DNA from: Peribolospora baueri
Lineage: Eukaryota
Assembly: GCA_029717555.1 (NCBI GenBank)
Contig: JAMDHS010000039.1
Location: forward strand, 1-64,000
DNA length: 64,000 nt
Direction of reading: 5' to 3'
Under the pieces are notes generated by a model. It was not told the origin of the DNA. It worked only from the letters and a program-made list of their open reading frames with translations, and did not search any database. Both the position numbers and the translations under genes were made by a program. Of the stretch, positions 23,107-34,844 are shown piece by piece (within the stretch, counting starts at the first letter, position 1; every line of letters starts with the position of its first letter).

Positions 23107-25360
23107 ATGCTCGCCTCGCTCGTCTCCTCGTGCACCATCCAGATTCATTTGCTCAACCAGCTCCTCTTCGTCTCACCTCCACCGTCCCTTCCCTCCGTTT
23201 CCGCCCCTCCCGCTGCGACCGCCAGCGATGCCGTCCTCCGCGGCATCGTCGAGCTCCGGGTGCCGTCGCCTCGTAGGATCGGAGGGGTGAAGGTGCGCCT
23301 CAAGGGCATGCTGACAATCGCCGTTCCCGCCGACCCTAACCCTTCTGGGGGAGGGGCGCTGTTCTGGGAGGAGGAGACGGTGATGGACAAGACCGTCGAG
23401 ATCGGTGTCGGCTCCGGTCGACTGGACGGTCGCGGACAGAGCCAGGGTGGTGGGAAGGAGAAGGAGAGGAGCAAGAGCAGGGATCCGGGAGGGATGGAAC
23501 TCGAAAAGGGCGTGCACGCATTCGAGTTTGCCTTCACTATCCCCTCCTGGTGTCCTCCGTACGAGCGCTCTAAGCATGGCAGGACCCGATACGTCGTCAC
23601 GGCCACCGCCCTCGCTGCTGGCCATGCTTGGACTTCCATCACCGCCTGGCGCGAAGTTTTCAGTGAGCACCAAGAAGGAGAAATGGATGGAGCTTTACCT
23701 GGAAGCCAGAGGCAGCTGAACTCCGTCTGCACCTCCCCCCCTTGCTTCACAAGTCATCGCCAACCCTTCGGCGTCAGGACCCAACGGACTTAACCCCCTC
23801 GAGATCACCCATTCGTCGTCCCACGACGGACTCGGAATAGTTTATCTGGCACTGTTGAGCCCCAGTCTGCACGTCTCCGGAAAGATCGTATTCCACGCTC
23901 GACTCGAGGCGCCTGAGCGCGGGATCAAGGTCTGGGAGGCTCGGCTGAGCATCGAGCAGATGTACGAACTCAAGAGCTCGGAGAAGGGTGAGCTCCGCAT
24001 TCTGTTCCGACAAAATGTTTGCTCCGTCGTGGAAGCGCTTCGCTCACTTGCTCCCTCCGACTATATCGTCCGTTCTTTCTGCAAACTATATGCATTTCAT
24101 TTCCACATTTAAAGGTTGGCGAACTATGCCGACGGAGAAGAAACACTTCTGGTCTATGGGCAAGATTCCAGTCCGAGATAAAGACGGCTATGTCCTCAGC
24201 GGACCAGAGCAGACCGTGACGCCGTTGTACGTTGAAGGCGAGGCGTATGAAGACTCGGAGGAGGTATGGGAGATCAGGGAGAGACCACGGTTGCCAGACG
24301 ATAAGGTAATACGGCCATCCACCGGCGAGGGCACCAGAACGTCCATCAGAGTCAAGCACGAAGTTATCATCGAGTTGTTCTACTCGACGGACAAGGAAGG
24401 CAGCTCGTCAGCCGAGAACCCAGATCCGGATCGTGGCCGTTTGAAGGTGTTCGCGTATAGGAGGAAGATCAACATTCCATCAGTCAGTCCAGTCTTCGTC
24501 TCCAGATCCTCTTTCACTTCGGACGCTGTGACTGAGGCTGATGGATCGATTTGTTTTTGCGCCGCTACGAATTCTAGTGTTGTTGCTCCATATTCGATCT
24601 CACCCTTCCGCCCTACTCTCCATCGGCGAATTCGACTCCAATAGGCACGCCTTCGCCAGACGACGCGAAAAAAAACAGCGGCTGGCCAGGCACAGCAGGC
24701 GGGACAGTGGCAGGGCAGGGGTCAGGGACGCGTTCGACGAGCGTCTCGCGCGTCGGCTCGACGTCCTCCTTGACAGCCCTAACGGCTCGCGGACGCACGT
24801 CCCTCCCAGCGACTCCTCCTGCCTCTTCGCGCTCAGGCTCCCCGATGCCTCAGCCGGTGCTCAATACCGACCTCTCCACCTCCGCCCTTGCCCCTTCTCC
24901 CTGGCTCCGCCACCTCGGCCTCTCTCTCGATCCGTTCACCCAGCCGCTCGACACGATCCGCTTCCCCAACCTGACCGCCCCAGATGTGCACCACGACTGG
25001 CAGAACGGAAGCACGACGTGCGTATGCGGTATGGAATTGAGCGCTCTGGACGAGGCAGACCGGCAGGTGCTCGCGGGTTTGGGTATGGATGAGAGCCCGC
25101 TGGGTCCGTCGATCAGTGGGCTTGGCGGGAGGGGCGCGAGCGGTAGTCGGACGAGGGGCAGGAGTACGGTGCGAGATACGGACGGGGGCGGACGGAGCCC
25201 TGCTGGGAGTCGGTCGGGGAGCGCTGCGCCGAGCAGGGAAGCGAGCGAGGAGAGGAGAGCGGACAGAGAGAGGAGGAGGGCGGAGTGGCAGGAGGTGAGG
25301 GGAAGGGCGATGCATCGGGGCAAGATTGGGGAACTCCGAGAGGACGAGCTGAATCGATGA
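23107..25360 (+). CDS. Arrestin-fold (alpha-arrestin-like) protein, paralog 1, multi-exon
   Basis: LRGIVELRVPSPRRIGGVKVRLKG; GVHAFEFAFTIPSWCPPYERSKHGRTRYVVTA; RLPDDKVIRPST; C-terminal CCC...LPPY and CVCGM. Confidence 0.75.
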
Positions 25361-25965
25361 TGTCGGTGATGGAAGCGCTCTTGCTGAAGCGCGCGAGGGG
25401 AGAGCTCAACGGAGAGTCCGGGAGGCGGCGTTCCCATAGACATCTCTATTTCCTTTCCTTCTCTCTTCCTCGGGGTCTCAAATTACTTCTTGGGTTGCAG
25501 TCAAAGGTCTTCTCAATTCGGGCTTGCATAAGCCGATCTCTAGATTGGATGGGACGGGCCTCGCCGGCGGATGGGCCGCAAGGAGAAGCGGGATGGCCTA
25601 GATGTGCACGTAGACTATTATGCTCTGCAAGACGAAAGCGAGGTTAAGAAAGAGAAACTTTCAAACTTGAAGTCCCACGCCGACCGAGTCGGATCTAAAG
25701 CGTGCGATGTAGCAGAAATACCATGGCATCCCAACCATCACCGGTGCCTGCAGCCTCAGCTTCAACCCTTGGTGAACAACCACACCAAGGTTATCTAAGG
25801 GGGCGTCGCACCCAAGATAGAGGTAATCGATCCAGAAGGGTGGTGGGGGTGATGGAGAGAGGGGCAGAGGTGTTGACTAGAGCACAGCTCCTGGAGTGCT
25901 ACGACGTCGTAGCATCCTCTCGCTCTCGAGTGAATGGCAGATAGCAAGTCTGGTGGGAACTCGAC

Positions 25966-27051
25966 TCAGAGCTTGCTCTTCCCCTTCTGACCTTCTTGGG
26001 CCGCACCTTCCCTCCCCTTCCCTCTCACTCCACTCTCTTCCTCCCCAGCCTGTGCCCAGCCCATCTCCGCAACGCATTCTCTCACCCTCTTCGCTAACGC
26101 AGTGGCATCCTCATCGTCCAGCTCCGAGCGGCCTGCCATTATCGCAGAGAGGGATGGTGGGTGCTGCTTCGTGGGTGATGATAGGGAGGATGAGGGACGA
26201 AGAGGCGGAGCAGGGACAATGTGAAAGTGAACCTGGATAGACATGTGAAGGAAATAAAAGGTCGACCGAGTGCGGATTGGTCAAGAGCATATCGATGGAG
26301 AGAGGCTGGTGCGCTTTATCCGCGACGGGAACCACCGGAGGAGCTTGACCGCCTCCATGCAGCCTGAGCGGCTTCATGCTCACATGTCCCTCCGCTTGAG
26401 CATACTCCTGGTTGCAGATCACCTGGAGGCGATTGTCTTCAAGAGCTGTTACCCCAGTGATGGTATGGAGGTCGGATAGTAGTGAAGGCGAAGTGGGGCA
26501 AAACAACACGACAAAGGGAACAAGCGTCTGCTTAGCTCGACCGTCCTCCCCAGCACCTCTTTGCACGCGTAACAGCGTTCGTGCTCAAAGGCCTTCACCG
26601 CATCGCCTATTATGGAAAAATAAAACTCACCCATCCCCAACGCCTTAACTACCCTCCTCAGGCCTTTGCCCAACCCCTCCGCCTCGGCGTCCTCCAAGTC
26701 CTCTAGCCTCCTCCGGTGTCTCACCGGAACGACGAGCGCATGTCCCCGGCGAATGGGGAGGATATCAAGAAAAGCATAGACGTGCGCACCAGCGTAGAGT
26801 GCGTGAGAGGGAAGGCTGGCGTTCGGCGGGACGAGGGCACAGAAGGTGCAGTCTGGATCGGGGCTCGGCGGGTCCCCGGCAAGAGGGGAGCGAGCGGTGG
26901 AGGCGGATGAGGCGGGCGAGGCTCTCGGCGAAGCCCTCAACCGCACACTCATGCTCTCCCGCTCGGCCTCCGTGGCCCATGTAGAAATGGGGGGATAGGA
27001 AGAAGGCCTCCGAGCGAGCTGATCGAGCGTCCAGGACGTCATCACGAGCAT
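25966..27051 (-). CDS. HIT-family (HINT/Hnt1-like) nucleotide hydrolase, 3 exons
   Basis: CTFC...AFLDILPIRRGHALVVP; spliced histidine triad NQEYAQAEGH|VHFHIVP. Confidence 0.9.
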
Positions 27052-27164
27052 GTCTGCGAAACGCCCGCGCCGTGCGGGGTGTTACTATCTGGCTGCCGAG
27101 GGCTGCTGCGGCTGCAACGCGCGCACGGACCATACAGGACAAACGTAGCTACATCGCCAGTGCG

Positions 27165-29276
27165 TTACACGGAACCCAGCGCACCCACCGTTCCTCTCCC
27201 CTCGCCCTTCCGCTTTCCCTTTCCGCCTCTCCTCTTCCCTCCTCCTCTTCTGCTTTCTCCGCCTGCTTCGTTGGGAGCATCAGAGCCAGGCGTAGAGCCT
27301 GGCGCTGAAGAAATACCGGCGGTGGTGGAACGGCCGCTCGAGTGCTGAGCTGAACCAGGGACGACCCTTCCGGACAAAGGCGTTGCCGGGATGCCTTCGT
27401 CCTCCTGCTCACCCTCCTCGCTTTCTTTCTCGTCAGGAGGAATCCATATCGGCCGCTCTTCCGTTCCCAGCTCCAGGCGGATCCAAGGTCTCGAAAGCTG
27501 GACGCGCTCGTCCTCCGCTCCAATAGAACGTTCGGGGGAGTAGGAGCCGGATGATCCACGCAAACCGTCGTCGTCCCAATCCTGGAACAGTTCCCCTTCT
27601 CGTCCGTCCACGCCGGCAAGGTCGGGCGATGCGGCGACAGGACCCTTTAAGTTCGACGATGGGGGGGCTGTCGGGCGACGCTGCGTAACGGTGACCTTGT
27701 GAGTCTTCATGTCCAAGCTCACCACTCGGGTCGGTTCGCGCTCCGCCGCGTAAGCGCCGCTCAGCCCTCCGCCCGACAACCTCTGGTAGCCTCCAGCGCC
27801 GCCGCCGACAAAAGTGGGAAAGTCACCCATGCCCATCATCTCCTTCTCCCTTCGCCACCGTTCCCTCGCCTCTTCCTCCTCCCTCCTCGCCCTCTCTGCA
27901 TCCACCGCTGCTTGGCGCTTCCGCCGTAGGTCAAGGGTGAGGTCCAGTCGGGCGTCGGTGTTCAGGAGCTGTGTCTGACATGATGGACAGAGGGGCTGTG
28001 CGAACGGAGAGTTGCGGGAACAGAGGACGAGGCCGCAAGTGGTACAGAGCGGTACGTGCACCGAGAGAGGGTGAAGACGCGCTGGGATCGGAAAGCAAAG
28101 AGAGTAGTGGCCGTTGTCCATGCGGGAGACGACGCGCGCATTTTAGTCGGTCGCAGTTCAAAATGGGACTCGTTCGGGCAATACGCACCTTGGCAGAAGC
28201 AACCCCGCGCCTTCGCCACGCTCTCCTTTCCTTTCCTCTTCGTCTCCCCCGAGTCCTGGTTGCTTAGCTCCAACTCTTGAAGGATACGATCGATCTCTGC
28301 AATCTCCGGAGTCCAGATTTTCTCTTTCGCTTTTCCACCAGCAGGCGTCCCCGTTCGAGATGTGCCGGTAGAAGAGAGAGGTGAGGCACGGCGGCTGCCG
28401 CCTCTTGAAGAGAGGAGGTCGGAAGTTAAAGCGCCTCCAGACGCTGCTGGCAGACGTTTGGCTTGCGGTTGCTGTAAAGGCGGCGACGGCTGATGTACGT
28501 CGGCGTTCGAGGAAGGGGAGGAACCCTTCTCCTTCTTCGTCTTCGCTCCGCCAAAATTCCACTCCCCGTCTTCATCCTGCCCCTTCCGGTATAAGCTCCC
28601 ACTGGCCCCGAAGGCGGCACTAAGATCCAATGGCGCCCCCGCCGCCGTTCGAGAGGACTCCGTCCCGGCTTGAGATTTGACCGCCCGTCGCCCGGTCACA
28701 ATAGAAGAACCTCGTCCGCTGCTGGCGCCCGAGCGAGAGGGATCCTTGGGCCGTTTCTCCGTCCCACCGTCGCTCGCCAACACGCTGGACGGTCGCGCCG
28801 GGGTCGAGGCGACGGAGGCTGAAGCGGATTGGGACTGAGATTGGGGGAAGCGCGAGGAAACGTAGGAGCGAATGAAGGCATCTTGCGACGGTCCCGGCCC
28901 AAGCAGTTCCTTTAAATACGAATTGGTTCCCACCAAAGGGATTGTTGAGCGATCAGAAAGACGACCGGGAGGACCCGATTAAAGAGCGCGGCTGAGCGTA
29001 CGCCCATCTCACTCACCCGAAGATGGTTGTCCAGCATGTGAGAATGACCGAACGTCTCAAGGAAGGGCACTACCTGTGTCCTTACCGTCTCCTCATCTGG
29101 ACAGGCACCGGTAAAAAAAGAAACAGGCCCGAGTTCCGCACCGCCCGTGATCAGCGCCCGAGCGCCCTGACGAAACGGGAGGGTGAACGTTGGCAAACAT
29201 GCCAGCTCGGCGCGCGAGCGGGAGACTCACCGAGACCAATGAGTTGGGCCAGCTGGGAAACGTGCTTGCTCTCCAT
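27165..29276 (-). CDS. RQT4: C2HC5 zinc-finger protein, Rqt4/TRIP4 (ASC-1)-like, multi-exon
   Basis: GCFCQ|ARLHPLSVHVPLCTTCGLVLC...CPSC is the zf-C2HC5 signature; N-terminal exons MESKHVSQLAQLIGL|DEETVRTQVVPFLETF; 3' end approximate. Confidence 0.8.
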
Positions 29277-29908
29277 GTACCACAAGTGACGTGGTCGTTG
29301 GGAGGAGCGTGCGACAGGCCAAGGTGGCCGAGAGAAGGTTGGGGGGTTTGAGGTGCGCGCCTGAACGATACGATCGTCCACGGATCAGAAGCGAGGTTGC
29401 ATCGCCGCAGCAGACGAACGGCTCTTCCTGCCTTGCCCACGACGACCAGAGCCAACAACCGTGATCCCTGGAGTGCATAGGTAATGCTTACGACGGAATC
29501 TCGTGGCACTGGCTTCACTGGTCGCCTGGATCGTTGTCGGCTCTCCCACCTCGCTGATCGTTCTGCATCTTCGGTCGGCCACGTCGCTGTTACCCCCGCC
29601 CCCGGTCATGCTTTGCTGTGCACCTTCCAGTCATTGCCCGGTTCGAAAAACAGGCAATGTGCGCGGGCGAGGCCAATCGAGTATTTGTCACACGTTCTGG
29701 TACAAAACTCCAAGCAAGCAAGGATCAGGCGTTCACCGTCTGAAAGTTCACGTCATGTTAGTAGAGCATCGATCCGTGACCCTTGGTAAAAGTACATGTC
29801 CAGAGAGGTATAATGCGAGCGAAGGACCAGGACCCCGTCTCTGCGGGGGACGAAAGTCGCAAAAAACCCCGATTCAAACCCGCTTGGCGGTTCGACCTTC
29901 CTCGGGCA

Positions 29909-32310
29909 TCACCCAAGTGATGCTCCACCGGCGGCGGCTCGGAACTCAAATTCGCCCACCTTCACCCTCCGCCTCCTCGCCCTCTCTCTCCGCCTCCCCC
30001 TGTCAACCTCCCGACCGTGGTCTCCTCGCAAGCCCCCGTACAGCCTCTCGCCGCTCTCCCCTTCTTCGTCCCCATCTTCTTCGCCCTCCCAATCATCCTC
30101 ACCCGCGAGTCCGCTCATCGCGTCCTCGTCCAACCCCCTCCTCTCCTCCTCGCTCAAAGCCGACATGCTCACGCCGCAATTGCAAAATTCGTGCGTTCGG
30201 CCGCCCTTATAGTCGACCGTGACCCTGTGCCAAGGCGACTCGGGAGGGAGGCTGGAGGGGGCGCGCTGGGTGGACCAGTCGACGGCGGCCATGGCGGCGG
30301 CTTGGGTCTGTGCAAAGGCGGAGGCGGAGGCTAACGCCAAGGTGGAGGAAGGATCTGCTTCTTTGACGTTCGGATCCTTCTTGAGGGGGATGGTGGTGAG
30401 GGTCTCGAAGAGAGTCGAAAGGCCTCGACTGGGAGAGGTGGAGGTGGCGCGGCGGTTGGGGGAGTGAGGCCTAGAGGACGGAGAAGGGGAGGAGGGGCGG
30501 GAGGTGGACGGCGTCCCGGTGGCGGAGGCGTTGGCCGACGAGGAGGCCAACCTGGACCATGGCGGAGGGGAGACGGAGCGAGGCGAGCTTCCGGGTATAT
30601 ACGCTGCGGGTGGGGGACTGGGAGGCATGATGGGTTGCGCGACGGCGCTGGTGGCAGTGGGAGAAGAAGATGTTGAAGAAGAGCCGGTGGCCGGGACGTT
30701 GTTCGGGGAGGTGGGCGACGATGGCTGCGACGGCCCAGCGGGTGTCTCTTGCGTCCAGATCGGGTTCGGCTTGGCAGGCATTGAAGGCCGATCAACGCTG
30801 TAGGGAGGGAGGTGGAGGATATCCGGTGTGCGGAGGCACTGTGCGGAAGAAGTGATCATTCAAACGCACGATTGAGTGAGGTACACAGGAATGCGAGCTG
30901 GAGAGAAGAGGAGGCGCTCACAGAAGGGATGACGACCGCCTTCCGAACGGTAAAGACGAGTACTCTCTCTTCCAGCGGCCTGGAATCCAGCACTTGCGCA
31001 CCGGTAAGGGACTCCTCGTAGAAAAGCTCGACGATGAGGTCGTGAGAGAAACGAAGGTCCGACTGGGCGCCGTCTGGAGTGGTCGGACGAATGACGTCGT
31101 CGTCTGCCACAAACGGGGGTTTTCTTCAGCTCACCTCAGAAGGGGAACAAAAAAAACAACGGAAGACATGTGGCCGTCGGGGAACTCACTCGGCAATCTC
31201 GCCCATTCTTTCACTCTCCACGCCCGCTTACCCTGCTCCCCCTCGCCGACGACGAGCAAAGGGTCGGTCGGCGACTCTCTTTCCTCTTCCGCCTTTTCCT
31301 GTCTCGGAATCCGCCCTGCCTTCCAAACCTGTGTCCGCTGCAAAGGCATTCGGATCGTCTTCTGTCGCTCGCGCGAATACGAGGTGGCATTTTGCTCTAG
31401 CAGGACGCGGGCATGGTGGAGAATGAAGGTAGGTCTGGAGCCGGGAGATGGTGGAGAGGAAGGGCTGGAGGAAGGAGGCGAGTTTACGACGACCACAGAC
31501 AAGTCGACAAGGAAGACACCGGCAACGGTAATGCTCCTCGCCGAGAGTCCTGCTTCCGTCCTGACAGCCCACAACTTGTGCGTGTCACCAGATCTCCTCT
31601 CGTTGAGCTTGAACAGCGGCAAGTGCTCCCTTCTGAACACCTCGAGCGGCACAGGCGAGTCTCTGTCAACGCCGGGGTTGTGGATAGGGTAGAGCTCGCG
31701 CCAGACCGAGACGTCCGTGCCCATGCGGCCTCCGCCTAGGACGACGGCGCTGAGGAGGTAGCGCGTTCGACCCCATTTGCACCGTTGGTGAGCTGGGACG
31801 GTGGCCGGGACGAGGAAAGTGAATTCAAAGCTGGAGACACAAGACGACGAAACGAGAGTAGATGCAGATGAGAAGAAACCTAGAGACGGCGAGGGAGCAG
31901 CACCGTCTGGCTAGAGTTATGCGAGGAAAGATGACTGACCCGTGCAGCCCCTTGTCCATCCATATGCCCTTTCCGCCCTCCTTCGTCTTTCCCTTGGCCT
32001 CGTCGTCCGAGCGAGCTCCACGATCCGTGCCGTCCTCACCGCCCCACTCGACGAGGCGCTCGAAAACGGTGTAATCCTCCCATCTCGCTGGACCGTGCTC
32101 CCTGCTCTCGGGGAAGAACAAGGTCTGCAGGCCCCTGAGTCGGACGCGGATACCCAAGACGCGCCGGGGCGTGGGGACAAAGACCTCGACGAGGCCACGA
32201 ACGTGCTCTAGGGAGGTGGGCTCGTCAGGCGTGGTTGGAGGGTGGAGAAAGATGACCTCGTTGAGGAGGTAGAGGGTGGGCGTGCAGGGGTGGATGAGGG
32301 CGTTGAGCAT
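29909..32310 (-). CDS. Arrestin-fold (alpha-arrestin-like) protein, paralog 2, multi-exon
   Basis: MLNALIHPCTPTLYLLNEVIFL; VRGLVEVFVPTPRRVLGIRVRLRG; RLP|NDDVIRPTT; VIPS|CLRTPDILHLPPYS; CNCGV. Colinear with paralogs 1 and 3. Confidence 0.75.
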
Positions 32311-32474
32311 ATTTGGGTAGCTGTCCGAGCTCCCTCTATGTCTCCTGCTCCTCAACGACGTCGTGTCGTCGTCGTCGTCGTCGTCGCTTCTTGCTCGTCG
32401 CCGCCGTCTCCTTCGACGCTCGCCCTCGTGCATTCATTTCGGACATCGTCCCACCTGACTCGGAAAAAAGTTGG

Positions 32475-32497
32475 CACGTGCGTGAATGTCACGTGAC
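32475..32497. promoter_or_regulatory. Paired E-boxes (CACGTG and palindromic GTCACGTGAC) in the arrestin-2/DnaJ bidirectional promoter
   Basis: CACGTG at 32475-32480; GTCACGTGAC at 32488-32497. Confidence 0.5.
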
Positions 32498-32751
32498 GCC
32501 GATCATCTGCAGGGACGGCGAGCGGGCGAGATGAAGCAGGGTGAGCGGACGACGGTAATGGGCATTACAATGCGGTCTTTGCACTTGGAATTTCATTTAT
32601 CGTAAATGGACCGTCCGCGACGATCGCTGTCTCGCGAACGGTCGTTGGCCGCATCACCGCCGCCTCCTCGGCCTCCTCCCACCATCGCATCTCTCATCCT
32701 TTCCTCCCTCCACTGCTCCATCTCTCCCCCCCAACCGAGATCTGGAAAGAC

Positions 32752-34149
32752 ATGTCCGCAGACTATTACGACATCCTTAACCTACCGCAGGGCGCGACCG
32801 ACGCTGAGATCAGGAGGGCCTATCGGAGGGAGGTGAGCATACGGCGCGTTATGCACCGAGAAGGTCCTGCCAGCGGCAGCTCCTTCCCTGCTCGGGTCGC
32901 CCCCGTGACTGAGTCCTAGTTACTTCTTGCCCGTCCTTCGTCTCCAGGCCCTCAAGACGCACCCAGACCGAGCCTTGCCGGAGCGCAAGGAAGAAAGCAC
33001 ACACAGGTTCAGGCTGGTGGCCGAGTGAGTTCGTGAGCCCGTTCGCCCCTGATTTGTCACGCCGGCCCGCATCAACCGACCTCTTTCTGTCCGTGCTGCC
33101 CCTCCTCTCCGCCCAACAGAGCCTACGAGACCCTGTCCGACCCCGTATCGCGCGCAGCGTACGATCGCTCCCGCACCGCTGCCCACGCCCGCCCAGCTCC
33201 CAGCGCCGGCGCCACTCGCCCCGCCACCGCGGGAAGAGGAGCGGGGCTGGACGACCTATTCGAGGGCGTGTTTGGAGACGACCCGTTCTTTGACCGCTCT
33301 CGCGCCAGGCCTTTCGGTGGCGGAGGTCTGTTCGGCGTCTTCGGGCCGGGTGGCGGCCTCTTCAGCTCTCCTTGGTCGATGGGCCGAGATGGCGGCATGG
33401 GCGGGATGCCGTTGGGCGACGAAGAGCGAGCGTCGCGGAGAAGCGCCTCGCACCTGCCTCCACACCGTCACCCGGATCCCTTCGAGCTGTTCGACGAGAT
33501 GTTCCGCCCGTTTTTCCCCTACCACCGGTTCCGGCACGGCGACCCGGACTCTCCCTTCGATACTTTCGGAGGCTTCGGCTTTGGAAGTGGAAGGGGTGGC
33601 AGACGGTCGCTGTTTAACTTTGAAGACTACCCTCCCTTCTCCAGCGCACAGAACGTCACCCCTCCCCCTCCTTATTCTCTGCCACAATTTGTGCACGGCT
33701 CCTCGCACGACTATCGAACCTACCCGACAGCCGCCGCTGGGACGACGACCGTCCAGCCAGCGACCGCAGAGGCCCCCGGCCAGGCATCGACGTCGCCTCG
33801 CACTCACTCGCGCGCCTTCCAGTGGAGCTTCGGCAGCTCGTTCGGACCCGAGGGGAGCGAGATGAGGCATTCGACTAGGGCGAACATCAATGGCAGGTGG
33901 TCCGGGGAGGCAGTGTATAGAAGCACGGACGCAGAGGTGAGTTAAATCGGTTTGATTTGAATCGATTGGGCGGCGGCGATCAATCGTGGTCATCCTCGCA
34001 TCCCATTCCATGGGCGAGATGTGGGTCCTGACGGCTGTTCGCTCGTTCCACAGGGGAACGAAACCGTCGTTCGCCTGACGCCAGAGGGAAAGACTGTGAC
34101 CGTCAACGGCGTGCCCCAGCCCAATCACCCTCTGCTTCAACGCGGTTGA
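32752..34149 (+). CDS. J-domain (Hsp40, DNAJB6-like) co-chaperone, 4 exons
   Basis: MSADYYDILNLPQGATDAEIRRAYRRE|ALKTHPDR...FRLVAE|AYETLSDP with the HPD motif, a G/F-rich region and C-terminal TVTVNGVPQ. Confidence 0.9.
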
Positions 34150-34844
34150 AGCAAAATGTGCGGTCGTCGGCCGTAGGGTGGTGACGTGAGGGCGGCGCGA
34201 CCCCTCTCAAGTGGGAGCTCTTACTCGGGAGCGTTTTGTTCTCCTTCGTGTGCGCCACGACATCCTCTCTTCATCCGGCCTTGCCGAAGTTTCTTCCCAG
34301 TCACCGATACTTGAATCGCCTAGCCTCTTCTTCGTCTTTTCCATTCGCCCGCACCCATGTATTCAATCGCCGGCATTTCAGCCTGTCTCGCGCTTTCTTT
34401 GCGAACTTGTAACCCCTCCGCCGTCTCTTGCCATCCCTCCTGTAACCCCTTCCGTCGTACCATTCCTTCTGCCTATCCTCTCGCTCCGTTCGCAAATCCA
34501 TCATGATCTGAAGATGATTTACACGAAGCGGTGTTTTTCGTCTTTTCCCCCTGTTACGCTCGCCCACCCGCACCGGTGAGCGTCGCGTTCTCTGTGGGGC
34601 CGCGGGGATGTGGCCCGTGCGCGGTTGCGTCAGCGAGTCACATGGCGTATGGTTCGAGTCAGGAACGAGGAGCAACGGCTAAAAGGACGGACAAACGACA
34701 GACAGACGAGAGGAAGACCACCACAACTCACCTCCGCTCGTCTCGGAGCTGATCTGAGCTGGGCTCGCCTTGAACCGGGTTGAATGAACGGTCGTCTGCA
34801 AACCGAGCGCCGAGGTCGCCTCGACAACACCCCCGCCTTGCACC

